Source: Paramoeba atlantica
Taxonomy: Eukaryota > Protista > Discosea
Direction of reading: 5' to 3'
DNA: 64,000 nt
Assembly: GCA_977017575.1 (NCBI GenBank)
Contig: CDRNVI010000052.1
Span: 273,346 to 337,345 of the forward strand
The translations under genes and the position numbers were made by a program. Shown here one piece after another: positions 1-14,312 of this stretch (its first letter is position 1; each line of letters opens with the position of its first letter). The notes beneath the pieces are model-generated. The model saw only the letters and a list, made by a program, of their open reading frames with translations. It searched no databases and was not told the origin of the DNA.

Positions 1-3000
1 AAAAAGTGATCTTAATACAAAAAGTGATCTTAATAAAAAAAGTGATCTTAATACAAAAAGTTATCTTAATACCAAAAGTGATCTTAATACAAAAAGTGAT
101 CTTAATACAAAAAGTGATCTTAAGACAAAAAGTGATCTTAATACAAAAAGTGATCTTAATACAAAAAGTGATCATAATACAAAAAGTGATCTTAATACAA
201 AAAGTGTTCTTAATACAAAAAGTGATCTTAATACAAAAAGTGATCTTAATACAAAAAGTGATCTTAATACAAAAAGTGATCTTAATACAAAAAGTGATCC
301 TAATACAAAAAGTGATCTTAATACAAAAAGTGATCTTAATACAAAAAGTGATCTTAATACAAAAAGTGATCTTAATACAAAAAGTGATCTTAATACAAAA
401 AGTGATCTTAATACAAAAAGTGATCTTAATACAAAAAGTGATCTTAATACAAAAAGTGATCTTAATACAAAAAGTGATCTTAATACAAAAAGTGATCTTA
501 ATACCAAAAGTGATCTTAATGCAAAAAGTGTTCTTAATACAAAAAGTGATCTTAATACAAAAAGTGATCCTAATACAAAAAGTGATCTTAATACAAAAAG
601 TGATCTTAATACAAAAAGTGGTCTTAATACAAAAAGTGATCTTAATACAAAAAGTGATCTTAATACAAAAAGTGATCTTAATACAAATAGTGATCTTAAT
701 ACCAAAAGTGATCTTAATACAAAAAGTGATCTTAATACAAAAAGTGATCTTAATACAAAAAGTGATCTGAATACAAAAAGTGATCTTAATACAAAAAGTG
801 ATCTTAATACAAAAAGTGATCTTAATGCAAAAAGTGATCTTAATACAAAAAGTGATCTTAATACAAAAAGTGATCTTAATACAAAAAGTGATCTTAATAC
901 AAAAAGTGATCTTAATACAAAAAGTTATCTTAATACCAAAAGTGATCTTAATACAAAAAGTGATCTTAATACAAAAAGTGATCTTAAGACAAAAAGTGAT
1001 CTTAATACAAAAAGTGATCTTAATACAAAAAGTGATCTTAATACAAAAAGTGATCATAATACAAAAAGTGATCTTAATACAAAAAGTGTTCTTAATACTA
1101 AAAGTGATCTTAATACAAAAAGCGATCTTAATACAAAAAGTGATCTTAATACAAAAAGTGATCTTAATACAAAAAGTGATCTTAATACAAAAAGTGATCT
1201 TAATACAAAAAGTGATCTTAATACAAAAAGTGATCTTAATACAAAAAGTGATCTTAATACAAAAAGTGATCTTAATACAAAAAGTGATCTTAATACAAAA
1301 AGTGATCTTAATACAAAAAGTGATCTGAATACAAAAAGTGATCTTAATACAAAAAGTGATCTTAATACAAAAAGTGATCTTAATGCAAAAAGTGATCTTA
1401 ATACAAAAAGTGATCTTAATACAAAAAGTGATCTTAATACAAAAAGTGATCTTAATACAAAAAGTGATCTTAATACAAAAAGTTATCTTAATACCAAAAG
1501 TGATCTTAAGACAAAAAGTGATCTTAATACAAAAAGTGATCTTAAGACAAAAAGTGATCTTAATACAAAAAGTGATCTTAATACAAAAAGTGATCATAAT
1601 ACAAAAAGTGATCTTAATACAAAAAGTGTTCTTAATACTAAAAGTGATCTTAATACAAAAAGTGATCTTAATACAAAAAGTGATCTTAATACAAAAAGTG
1701 ATCTTAATACAAAAAGTGATCTTAATACAAAAAGTGATCTTAATACAAAAAGTGATCTTAATACAAAAAGTGATCTTAATACAAAAAGTGATCTTAATAC
1801 AAAAAGTGATCTGAATACAAAAAGTGATCTTAATACAAAAAGTGATCTTAATACAAAAAGTGATCTTAATGCAAAAAGTGATCTTAATACAAAAAGTGAT
1901 CTTAATACAAAAAGTGATCTTAATACAAAAAGTGATCTTAATACAAAAAGTGATCTTAATACAAAAAGTTATCTTAATACCAAAAGTGATCTTAATACAA
2001 AAAGTGATCTTAATACAAAAAGTGATCTTAAGACAAAAAGTGATCTTAATACAAAAAGTGATCTTAATACAAAAAGTGATCATAATACAAAAAGTGATCT
2101 TAATACAAAAAGTGTTCTTAATACTAAAAGTGATCTTAATACAAAAAGTGATCTTAATACAAAAAGTGATCTTAATACAAAAAGTGATCTTAATACAAAA
2201 AGTGATCTTAATACAAAAAGTGATCTTAATACAAAAAGTGATCCTAATACAAAAAGTGATCTTAATACAAAAAGTGATCTTAATACAAAAAGTGATCTTA
2301 ATACAAAAAGTGTTCTTAATACTAAAAGTGATCTTAATACAAAAAGTGATCTTAATACAAAAAGTGATCTTAATACAAAAAGTGATCTTAATACAAAAAG
2401 TGATCTTAATACAAAAAGTGATCTTAATACAAAAAGTGATCCTAATACAAAAATTGATCTTAATACAAAAAGTGATCTTAATACAAAAAGTGATCTTAAT
2501 ACAAAAAGTGATCTTAATACAAAAAGTGATCTTAAGACAAAAAGTGATCTTAATACAAAAAGTGATCTTAATACAAAAAGTGATCATAATACAAAAAGTG
2601 ATCTTAATACAAAAAGTGTTCTTAATACAAAAAGTAATCTTAATACAAAAAGTGATCTTAATACAAAAAGTGATCTTAATACAAAAAGTGATCTTAATAC
2701 AAAAAGTGATCCTAATACAAAAAGTGATCTTAATACAAAAAGTGATCTTAATACAAAAAGTGATCTTAATACAAAAAGTGATCTTAATACAAAAAGTGAT
2801 CTTAATACAAAAAGTGATCTTAATACAAAAAGTGATCTTAATACAAAAAGTGATCTTAATACAAAAAGTGATCTTAATACAAAAAGTGATCTTAATACAA
2901 AAAGTGATCTTAATACAAAAAGTGATCTTAATACAAAAAGTGATCTTAATACAAAAAGTGATCTTAATACAAAAAGTTATCTTAATACCAAAAGTGATCT

Positions 3001-6000
3001 TAATACAAAAAGTGATCTTAATACAAAAAGTGATCTTAAGACAAAAAGTGATCTTAATACAAAAAGTGATCTTAATACAAAAAGTGATCTTAATACAAAA
3101 AGTGATCATAATACAAAAAGTGATCTTAATACAAAAAGTGTTCTTAATACTAAAAGTGATCTTAATACAAAAAGTGATCTTAATACAAAAAGTGATCTTA
3201 ATACAAAAAGTGATCTTAATACAAAAAGTGATCTTAATACAAAAAGTGATCTTAATACAAAAAGTGATCTTAATACAAAAAGTGATCTTAATACAAAAAG
3301 TGATCTTAATACAAAAAGTGATCTTAATACAAAAAGTGATCTTAATACAAAAAGTGATCTTAATACAAAAAGTGATCTGAATACAAAAAGTGATCTTAAT
3401 ACAAAAAGTGATCTTAATACAAAAAGTGATCTTAATGCAAAAAGTGATCTTAATACAAAAAGTGATCTTAATACAAAAAGTGATCTTAATACAAAAAGTT
3501 ATCTTAATACCAAAAGTGATCTTAAGACAAAAAGTGATCTTAATACAAAAAGTGATCTTAAGACAAAAAGTGATCTTAATACAAAAAGTGATCTTAATAC
3601 AAAAAGTGATCATAATACAAAAAGTGATCTTAATACAAAAAGTGTTCTTAATACTAAAAGTGATCTTAATACAAAAAGTGATCTTAATACAAAAAGTGAT
3701 CTTAATACAAAAAGTGATCTTAATACAAAAAGTGATCTTAATACAAAAAGTGATCTTAATACAAAAAGTGATCCTAATACAAAAAGTGATCTTAATACAA
3801 AAAGTGATCTTAATACAAAAAGTGATCTTAATACAAAAAGTGATCTTAATACAAAAAGTGATCTTAATACAAAAAGTGATCTTAATACAAAAAGTGATCT
3901 TAATAAAAAAAGTGATCTTAATACAAAAAGTGATCTTAATACAAAAAGTGATCTTAATACAAAAAGTGATCTTAATACAAAAAGTGATCTTAATACCAAA
4001 AGTGATCTTAATGCAAAAAGTGTTCTTAATACAAAAAGTGATCTTAATACAAAAAGTGATCCTAATACAAAAAGTGATCTTAATACAAAAAGTGATCTTA
4101 ATACAAAAAGTGGTCTTAATACAAAAAGTGATCTTAATACAAAAAGTGATCTTAATACAAAAAGTGATCTTAATACAAAAAGTGATCTTAATACAAAAAG
4201 TGATCTTAATACAAAAAGTGATCTTAATACAAAAAGTGATCTTAATACAAAAAGTGATCTTAATACAAAAAGTGATCTTAATACAAAAGGTGATCTTAAT
4301 ACAAAAAGTGATCTTAATGCAAAAAGTGATCTTAATACAAAAAGTGATTTTAATACCAAAAGTGATCTTAATGCAAAAAGTGATCTTAATACAAAAAGTG
4401 ATCTTAATACAAAAAGTGATCTTAATACAAAAAGTGATCTTAATACAAAAAGTGATCTTAATACAAAAAGTGATCTTAATACAAAAAGTGATCTTAATAC
4501 AAAAAGTGATCTTAATACAAAAAGTGATCTTAATACAAAAAGTGATCTTAATACAAAAAGTGATCTTAATGCAAAAAGTGATCTTAATACAAAAAGTGAT
4601 CTTAATACAAAAAGTGATCTTAATACAAAAAGTGATCTTAATACAAAAAGTGATCTTAATACAAAAAGTGATCTTAATACAAAAAGTGATCTTAATACAA
4701 AAAGTGATCTTAATACAAAAAGTGATCTTAGTACCAAAAGTGATCTTAATCGAAAAAGTGATCTGAATACAAAAAGTGATCTTAATACAAAAAGGTGATC
4801 TTAATACAAAAAGTGATCTTAATACAAAAAGTGATCTTAATACAAAAACTGGTCTTAATACAAAAAGTGATCTTAATACAAAAAGTGATCTTAATACAAA
4901 AAGTGATCTTAATACAAAAGGTGATCTTAATACAAAAAGTGATCTTAATACAAAAAGTGAGCTTAATACAAAAGGTGATCTTAATACAAAAAGTGATCTT
5001 AATACAAAAAGTGATCTTAATACAAAACGTGATCTTAATACAAAAGTGATCTTAATACAAAAAGTGATCTTAATACAAAAAGTGATCCTAATACAAAAAG
5101 TGATCTGAACACAAAAAGTGATCTTAATACAAAAAGTGATCTTAATACAAAAAGTGATCTTAACAAAAAAACTGGTCTTAATACAAAAAGTGATCTTAAT
5201 ACAAAAAGTGATCTTAATACAAAAAGTGATCTTAATACAAAAGGTGATCTTAATACAAAAAGTGATCTTAATACAAAAAGTGAGCTTAATACAAAAGGTG
5301 ATCTTAATACAAAAAGTGATCTTAATACAAAAAGTGATCTTAATACAAAATGTGATCTTAATACAAAAGTGATCTTAATACAAAAAGTGATCTTAATACA
5401 AAAGTGATCTTAATACAAAAAGTGATCTTAATACAAAAAGTGATCTTAATACAAAAAGTGATCCTAATACAAAAAGTGATCTGAACACAAAAAGTGATCT
5501 TAATACAAAAAGTGATCTTAATACAAAAAGTGATCTTAATACAAAAAGTGATCTTAATACAAAAAGTGATCTTAATACAAAAAGTGTTCTTATTCCAAAA
5601 GGTGATCTTAATACAAAAAGTGATCTTAATACAAAAAGTGATCTTAATACAAAAAGTGATCTTAATACAAAAAGTGATCTTAATACAAAAAGTGATCTTA
5701 ATACAAAAAGTGATCTTAATACAAAAAGTGATCTTATTCCAAAAGGTGATCTTAATACAAAAAGTGATCTTAATACAAAAAGTGATCTTAATACAAAAAG
5801 TGATCTTAATACAAAAAGTGATCTTAATACAAAAAGTGATCTTAATACAAAAAGTGATCTTAATACAAAAAGTGATCTTAATACAAAAAGTGATCTTAAT
5901 ACAAAACGTGATCTTAATACAAAAAGTGATCTTAATACAAAAAGTGATCTTAATACAAAAAGTGATCTTAATACAAAAGGTGATCTTAATACAAAAAGTG

Positions 6001-9000
6001 ATCTTAATACAAAAAGTGATCTTAATACAAAAAGTGATCTTAATACAAAAAGTGATCTTAATACAAAAAGTGATCTTAATACAAAAGGTGATCTTAATAC
6101 AAAAGGTGATCTTAATACAAAAAGTGATCTTAATACAAAAAGTGATCTTAATACAAAAAGTGATCTTAATACAAAAAGTGATCTTAATACAAAAAGTGAT
6201 CTTAATACAAAAAGTGATCTCAATACAAAAAGTGTTCTTAATACAAAAAGTGATCTTAATACAAAAAGTGATCTTAATACAAAAAGTGATCTTAATACAA
6301 AAAGTGATCTTAATACAAAAAGTGATCTTAATACAAAAAGTGATCTTAATACAAAAAGTGATCTTAATACAAAAAGGGTCTTAATACAAAACGTGATCTT
6401 AATACAAAAAGTGATCTTAATACAAAAAGTGATCTTAATACAAAAAGTGATCTTAATACCAAAAGGGATCTTAATACAAAAAGTGATCTTAATACAAAAA
6501 GTGATCTTAATACAAAAAGTGATCTTAATACAAAAAGTGATCTTAATACAAAAAGTGATCTTAATACAAAAGGTGATCTTAATACAAAAGGTGATCTTAA
6601 TACAAAAAGTGATCTTAATACAAAAAGTGATCTTAATACAAAAAGTGATCTTAATACAAAAAGTGATCTTAATACAAAAAGTGATCTTAATACAAAAAGT
6701 GATCTTAATACAAAAAGTGATCTTAATACAAAAAGTGTTCTTAATACAAAAAGTGATCTTAATACAAAAAGTGATCTTAATACAAAAAGTGATCTTAATA
6801 CAAAAAGTGATCTTAATACAAAAAGTGGTCTTAATACAAAAAGTGATCTTAATACAAAAAGTGATCTTAATACAAAAAGTGATCTTAATACAAAAAGTGG
6901 TCTTAATACAAAACGTGATCCTAATACAAAAAGTGTTCTTAATGCAAAAAGTGATCTTAATACAAAAAGTGATCTTAATACAAAAAGTGTTCTTAATACA
7001 AAAAGTGATCTTAATACAAAAAGTGATCTTAATACAAAAAGTGATCTTAATACAAAAAGTGATCTTAATACAAAAAGTGATCTTGTTCCAAAAGGTGATC
7101 TTAATACAAAAAGTGATCTTAATACAAAAAGTGATCTTAATACAAAAAGTGATCTTAATACAAAAGGTGATCTTAATACAAAAAGTGATCTTAATACAAA
7201 AAGTGATCTTAATACAAAAAGTGATCTTAATACAAAAAGTGATCTTAATACAAAAAGTTATCTTAATACCAAAAGTGATCTTAAGACAAAAAGTGATCTT
7301 AATACAAAAAGTGATCTTAAGACAAAAAGTGATCTTAATACAAAAAGTGATCTTAATACAAAAAGTGATCATAATACAAAAAGTGATCTTAATACAAAAA
7401 GTGTTCTTAATACTAAAAGTGATCTTAATACAAAAAGTGATCTTAATACAAAAAGTGATCTTAATACAAAAAGTGATCTTAATACAAAAAGTGATCTTAA
7501 TACAAAAAGTGATCTTAATACAAAAAGTGATCCTAATACAAAAAGTGATCTTAATACAAAAAGTGATCTTAATACAAAAAGTGATCTTAATACAAAAAGT
7601 GATCTTAATACAAAAAGTGATCTTAATACAAAAAGTGATCTTAATACAAAAAGTGATCTTAATAAAAAAAGTGATCTTAATACAAAAAGTGATCTTAATA
7701 CAAAAAGTGATCTTAATACAAAAAGTGATCTTAATACAAAAAGTGATCTTAATACCAAAAGTGATCTTAATGCAAAAAGTGTTCTTAATACAAAAAGTGA
7801 TCTTAATACAAAAAGTGATCCTAATACAAAAAGTGATCTTAATACAAAAAGTGATCTTAATACAAAAAGTGGTCTTAATACAAAAAGTGATCTTAATACA
7901 AAAAGTGATCTTAATACAAAAAGTGATCTTAATACAAAAAGTGATCTTAATACAAAAAGTGATCTTAATACAAAAAGTGATCTTAATACAAAAAGTGATC
8001 TTAATACAAAAAGTGATCTTAATACAAAAAGTGATCTTAATACAAAAGGTGATCTTAATACAAAAAGTGATCTTAATGCAAAAAGTGATCTTAATACAAA
8101 AAGTGATTTTAATACCAAAAGTGATCTTAATGCAAAAAGTGATCTTAATACAAAAAGTGATCTTAATACAAAAAGTGATCTTAATACAAAAAGTGATCTT
8201 AATACAAAAAGTGATCTTAATACAAAAAGTGATCTTAATACAAAAAGTGATCTTAATACAAAAAGTGATCTTAATACAAAAAGTGATCTTAATACAAAAA
8301 GTGATCTTAATGCAAAAAGTGATCTTAATACAAAAAGTGATCTTAATACAAAAAGTGATCTTAATACAAAAAGTGATCTTAATACAAAAAGTGATCTTAA
8401 TACAAAAAGTGATCTTAATACAAAAAGTGATCTTAATACAAAAAGTGATCTTAATACAAAAAGTGATCTTAGTACCAAAAGTGATCTTAATCGAAAAAGT
8501 GATCTGAATACAAAAAGTGATCTTAATACAAAAAGGTGATCTTAATACAAAAAGTGATCTTAATACAAAAAGTGATCTTAATACAAAAACTGGTCTTAAT
8601 ACAAAAAGTGATCTTAATACAAAAAGTGATCTTAATACAAAAAGTGATCTTAATACAAAAGGTGATCTTAATACAAAAAGTGATCTTAATACAAAAAGTG
8701 AGCTTAATACAAAAGGTGATCTTAATACAAAAAGTGATCTTAATACAAAAAGTGATCTTAATACAAAACGTGATCTTAATACAAAAGTGATCTTAATACA
8801 AAAAGTGATCTTAATACAAAAAGTGATCCTAATACAAAAAGTGATCTGAACACAAAAAGTGATCTTAATACAAAAAGTGATCTTAATACAAAAAGTGATC
8901 TTAACAAAAAAACTGGTCTTAATACAAAAAGTGATCTTAATACAAAAAGTGATCTTAATACAAAAAGTGATCTTAATACAAAAGGTGATCTTAATACAAA

Positions 9001-12000
9001 AAGTGATCTTAATACAAAAAGTGAGCTTAATACAAAAGGTGATCTTAATACAAAAAGTGATCTTAATACAAAAAGTGATCTTAATACAAAATGTGATCTT
9101 AATACAAAAGTGATCTTAATACAAAAAGTGATCTTAATACAAAAGTGATCTTAATACAAAAAGTGATCTTAATACAAAAAGTGATCTTAATACAAAAAGT
9201 GATCCTAATACAAAAAGTGATCTGAACACAAAAAGTGATCTTAATACAAAAAGTGATCTTAATACAAAAAGTGATCTTAATACAAAAAGTGATCTTAATA
9301 CAAAAAGTGATCTTAATACAAAAAGTGTTCTTATTCCAAAAGGTGATCTTAATACAAAAAGTGATCTTAATACAAAAAGTGATCTTAATACAAAAAGTGA
9401 TCTTAATACAAAAAGTGATCTTAATACAAAAAGTGATCTTAATACAAAAAGTGATCTTAATACAAAAAGTGATCTTATTCCAAAAGGTGATCTTAATACA
9501 AAAAGTGATCTTAATACAAAAAGTGATCTTAATACAAAAAGTGATCTTAATACAAAAAGTGATCTTAATACAAAAAGTGATCTTAATACAAAAAGTGATC
9601 TTAATACAAAAAGTGATCTTAATACAAAAAGTGATCTTAATACAAAACGTGATCTTAATACAAAAAGTGATCTTAATACAAAAAGTGATCTTAATACAAA
9701 AAGTGATCTTAATACAAAAGGTGATCTTAATACAAAAAGTGATCTTAATACAAAAAGTGATCTTAATACAAAAAGTGATCTTAATACAAAAAGTGATCTT
9801 AATACAAAAAGTGATCTTAATACAAAAGGTGATCTTAATACAAAAGGTGATCTTAATACAAAAAGTGATCTTAATACAAAAAGTGATCTTAATACAAAAA
9901 GTGATCTTAATACAAAAAGTGATCTTAATACAAAAAGTGATCTTAATACAAAAAGTGATCTCAATACAAAAAGTGTTCTTAATACAAAAAGTGATCTTAA
10001 TACAAAAAGTGATCTTAATACAAAAAGTGATCTTAATACAAAAAGTGATCTTAATACAAAAAGTGATCTTAATACAAAAAGTGATCTTAATACAAAAAGT
10101 GATCTTAATACAAAAAGGGTCTTAATACAAAACGTGATCTTAATACAAAAAGTGATCTTAATACAAAAAGTGATCTTAATACAAAAAGTGATCTTAATAC
10201 CAAAAGGGATCTTAATACAAAAAGTGATCTTAATACAAAAAGTGATCTTAATACAAAAAGTGATCTTAATACAAAAAGTGATCTTAATACAAAAAGTGAT
10301 CTTAATACAAAAGGTGATCTTAATACAAAAGGTGATCTTAATACAAAAAGTGATCTTAATACAAAAAGTGATCTTAATACAAAAAGTGATCTTAATACAA
10401 AAAGTGATCTTAATACAAAAAGTGATCTTAATACAAAAAGTGATCTTAATACAAAAAGTGATCTTAATACAAAAAGTGATCTTAATACAAAAAGTGATCT
10501 TAATACAAAAAGTGTTCTTAATACAAAAAGTGATCTTAATACAAAAAGTGATCTTAATACAAAAAGTGATCTTAATACAAAAAGTGATCTTAATACAAAA
10601 AGTGGTCTTAATACAAAAAGTGATCTTAATACAAAAAGTGATCTTAATACAAAAAGTGATCTTAATACAAAAAGTGGTCTTAATACAAAACGTGATCCTA
10701 ATACAAAAAGTGTTCTTAATGCAAAAAGTGATCTTAATACAAAAAGTGATCTTAATACAAAAAGTGTTCTTAATACAAAAAGTGATCTTAATACAAAAAG
10801 TGATCTTAATACAAAAAGTGATCTTAATACAAAAAGTGATCTTAATACAAAAAGTGATCTTGTTCCAAAAGGTGATCTTAATACAAAAAGTGATCTTAAT
10901 ACAAAAAGTGATCTTAATACAAAAAGTGATCTTAATACAAAAGGTGATCTTAATACAAAAAGTGATCTTAATACAAAAAGTGATCTTAATACGAAAAGTG
11001 ATCTTAATACAAAAAGTGATCTTAATACAAAAAGTGATCTTAATACAAAACGTGATCTTATTACAAAAGGTGATCTTAATGCAAAAAGTGATCTTAATAC
11101 AAAAAGTGATCTTAATACAAAAAGTGATCTTAATACAAAAAGTGATCTTAATACAAAAAGTGATCTTAATACAAAAAGTGATCTTAATACAAAAAGTCAT
11201 CTTAATACAAAAAGTGATCTTAATACAAAAAGTGATCTTAATACAAAAAGTGATCTTAATACAAAAAGTGATCTTAATACAAAAAGTGATCTTAATACAA
11301 AAAGTGATCTTAATACAAAAAGTGATCTTAATACAAAACGTGATCTTAATACAAAAAGTGATCTTAATACAAAAAGTGATCTTAATACAAAAAGTGATCT
11401 TAATACAAAAGGTGATCTTAATACAAAAGGTGATCTTAATACAAAAAGTGATCTTAATACAAAAAGTGATCTTAATACAAAAAGTGATCTTAATAGAAAA
11501 GTGATCTTAATACAAAAAGTGATCTTAATACAAAAGTGATCTTAATACAAAAAGTGATCTGAATACAAAAAGTGATCTTAATACAAAACGTGATCTTAAT
11601 ACAAAAAGTGATCTTAATACAAAAAGTGATCTTAATACAAAAAGTGATCTTAATACAAAAAGTGATCTTAATACAAAAAGTGATCTTAATACAAAAAGTG
11701 ATCTTAATACAAAATGTGATCTTAATACAAAAAGTGATCTTAATACAAAAAGTGATCTTAATACAAAAAGTGATCTTAATACAAAACGTGATCTTAATAC
11801 AAAAAGTGATCTTAATACAAAAGGTGATCTTAATACAAAAAGTGATCTTAATACAAAAGGTGATCTTAATACAAAAGGTGATCTTAATACAAAAAGTGAT
11901 CTTAATACAAAAAGTGATCTTAATACAAAAAGTGGTCTTAATACAAAAAGTGATCTTAATACAAAAAGTGATCTTAATACAAAAAGTGTTCTTAATACAA

Positions 12001-12997
12001 AAAGTGATCTTAATACAAAAAGTGATCTTAATACAAAAAGTGATCTTAATACAAAATGTGATCTTAATACAAAAAGTGATCTTAATACAAAAAGTGATCT
12101 TAATACAAAAAGTGATCTTAATACAAAAAGTGATCTTAATACAAAAAGTGATCTTAATACAAAAAGTGATCTTAATACAAAAAGTGATCTTAATACAAAA
12201 AGTGATCTTAATACAAAAAGTGATCTTAATACAAAAAGTGATCTTAATACAAAAAGTGATCTTAATACAAAACGTGATCTTAATACAAAAAGTGATCTTA
12301 ATACAAAAAGTGATCTTAATACAAAAAGTGATCTTAATACAAAAGGTGATCTTAATACAAAAAGTGATCTTAATACAAAAAGTGATCTTAATACAAAACG
12401 TGATCTTAATACAAAAGGTGATCTTAATACAAAAAGTGATCTTAATACAAAAAGTGATCTTAATACAAAAAGTGATCTTAATACAAAAAGTGATCTTAAT
12501 ACAAAAAGTGATCTTAATGCAAAAAGTGATCTTAATACAAAAAGTGATCTTAATACAAAAAGTGATCTTAATACAAAAAGTGATCTTAATACAAAAAGTG
12601 ATCGTAATACAAAAAGTGATCTTAATACAAAAAGTGATCTTAATACAAAAAGTGGTCTTAATACAAAAAGTGATCTTAATACAAAAAGTGATCTTAATAC
12701 AAAAAGTGATCTTAATACAAAAAGTGATCTTAATACAAAAAGTGATCTTAATACAAAACGTGATCTTAATACAAAAAGTGATCTTAATACAAAAAGTGAT
12801 CTTAATACAAAAAGTGATCTTAATACAAAAGGTGATCTTAATACAAAAAGTGATCTTAATACAAAAAGTGATCTTAATACAAAAAGTGATCTTAATACCA
12901 AAAGTGATCTTAATGCAAAAAGTGATCTTAATACAAAAAGTGATCTTAATACAAAAAGTGATCTTAATACAAAAAGTGATCTTAATACAAAAAGTGA
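1..12997. repeat. 18-bp tandem satellite, consensus AAAAAGTGATCTTAATAC, ~720 units, with higher-order structure
   Basis: Continuous 18-bp periodicity from base 1 to ~12997 with sparse point variants and occasional 1-bp indels. Variant patterns recur with an offset of ~3.74 kb (ORF-track boundaries 4776/8517, 5118/8859, 5494/9235, 6393/10134 all differ by 3741). Confidence 0.99.
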
Positions 12998-13370
12998 AAA
13001 TCCAAAATCCGAATCATTCCGGATCGCTCAATGTTTCAAATAATTTGCAGAATTTTGACCCTTCTTTTCCTTAAAAATCTTTCCTATAGCCATCTGGTGT
13101 TTTATGAAGCTTTTTATGCAGCAAATCAGCTTAGAATTTCGAGATCTGTTGAATGCCGAAGGAATGAGATCACAAGCTCTCACGACACAAATTTTATACT
13201 CCAGGTTATGCAAGACCTGGGTGCTATAATCCGAAATGCTCTGATCATGTTCTTAAACCCTTGGTAGGATGCACCTTGACAGGTTTTGTTTGTTTTTTTG
13301 GTAACGAACTTTATCGCAGGGCATCTTCAGATGCCGTGATTCAGGACTGGCATTCTTTCCTTCCTTTCTG

Positions 13371-13750
13371 AAAACATCCAATCCAAATCATTCCGGATTG
13401 CTCCGGATGGTCACTGGCAAGCCAGACCCTTCACAGACAGATTTGGAAGTTCCGAGGCCGACGTCCTCTACCAGTTTCCGCTTGCCCAAGGCGGCACCAA
13501 CGTGATGTTGCCAACACGCTGCGTCGACGAACTGTACGTCAACACGGCTTACCCAAGAGGTGTAAGCCGGGTAAGGGAGCTGGTTCCCTGAGGGGAGGGT
13601 CCGGGACGGTCCTCCGAGTACTGGACCTATTCGGTTATCAGCCAGCCTCTTAGAGTGAGGCCGCCGGGAATATTGCGATGAGCGGGTTTGAACTCGCCGT
13701 CTGAGCACCATGTGCTTCAAACTTTGAATTCTTGCCACTCCGCCACCTCC
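13371..13750 (-). mobile_element. SINE-like family S2, full length (~380 bp, tRNA-like head, TTGGATTT-type tail)
   Basis: Minus strand begins GGAGGTGGCGGAGTGG (A-box-like), contains GAGTTCAAACCC (B-box-like) and ends CCGGAATGATTTGGATT. Near-identical copies at 20774, 22145, 35667 and 61837. Confidence 0.8.
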
Positions 13751-13758
13751 GCCCTAAA

Positions 13759-13872
13759 GAGTACAACGCTCAGGGTTCCCGAGCGATCGCTCACCTCAGT
13801 ACTAACTGAGCCTGGCGGTGCTTAACCTCACAAAGAACAGGATGTGGTGTTTTCACCGTAGTATGGCCGTAC
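13759..13872 (-). rRNA. 5S rRNA: 5S rRNA gene or pseudogene (first 2-3 nt lost at junction with SINE S1)
   Basis: Reverse complement reads GTACGGCCATACTACGGTGAAAACACCACATCCTGTTCTTTGTGAGGTTAAGCACCGCCAGGCTCAGTTAGTACTGAGGTGAGCGATCGCTCGGGAACCCTGAGCGTTGTACTC, then TTT. It has the eukaryotic 5S landmarks GGCCATAC, GTTAAGC and AGTTAGTACT, and the termini pair (GTACGGC/GTTGTAC). It appears ~2 nt short in loop B. Confidence 0.9.
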
Positions 13873-14312
13873 AACCTGCAGGTTGGTGGTTAGATTCCCG
13901 CTATCGACAAAACTCGCAACCTGGCGGCCTCACTCAAGGGGAAGCGATCAGGAGTTCCTCCAAGGCCCATACTCAACCCCGCTCCCCTGGAGGACCGATC
14001 TGGAACCGCCGAGCTGAACCAGGCTCCGGCGCAACCGCTAAATTGCGATCTGCCTACGCAAAGGAGGCTTGAGACACAGCCTAAACGATTCGAGGCGGTT
14101 GGACGCCCGTCCTGGTAGCTACGGTTGCGTAGCCGTTCTCGGGCTGCAAGGCGTCGAGTGCCGTCTTGGAAGGGGGTAGCAAGACAATGAAGGTCAGTGA
14201 CCTGAAACTCTACCCTAACGGTTGGCGCTGCAGAGCCCTCCGTGTCTTCTTCTTTTTCTTCTTCTTCATCTTCTTCTTTTTCTTCTTCTTCATCTTCTTC
14301 TTCTTCTTCTTC
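13872..14312 (+). mobile_element. SINE-like family S1, 5'-truncated, (TCT)n tail
   Basis: Matches the TSD-flanked copy at 58532-58970 from TACAACCTGCAGG onward; ends GCCCTCCGTGTCTTCTTC... Confidence 0.8.

Noticed and set aside
1-12997. CRISPR array
   Set aside because: Units are contiguous with no unique spacers, there are no cas genes, and the context is eukaryotic.
1-12997. Canonical telomere
   Set aside because: No TTAGGG-type array and no G-rich strand; higher-order duplications argue against simple telomerase addition. Left open only as a hypothesis.
6-13074. Long ORFs (ILIQKV)n, (LRSLFV)n, (KITFCI)n, (DLNTKS)n
   Set aside because: An 18-bp unit lacking stops in four of six frames produces these automatically. 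Frameshifting indels are tolerated freely and there is no unique N- or C-terminal domain.
13031-13370. Short ORFs between the satellite and the first full SINE
   Set aside because: No recognisable motif on either strand; left unannotated.
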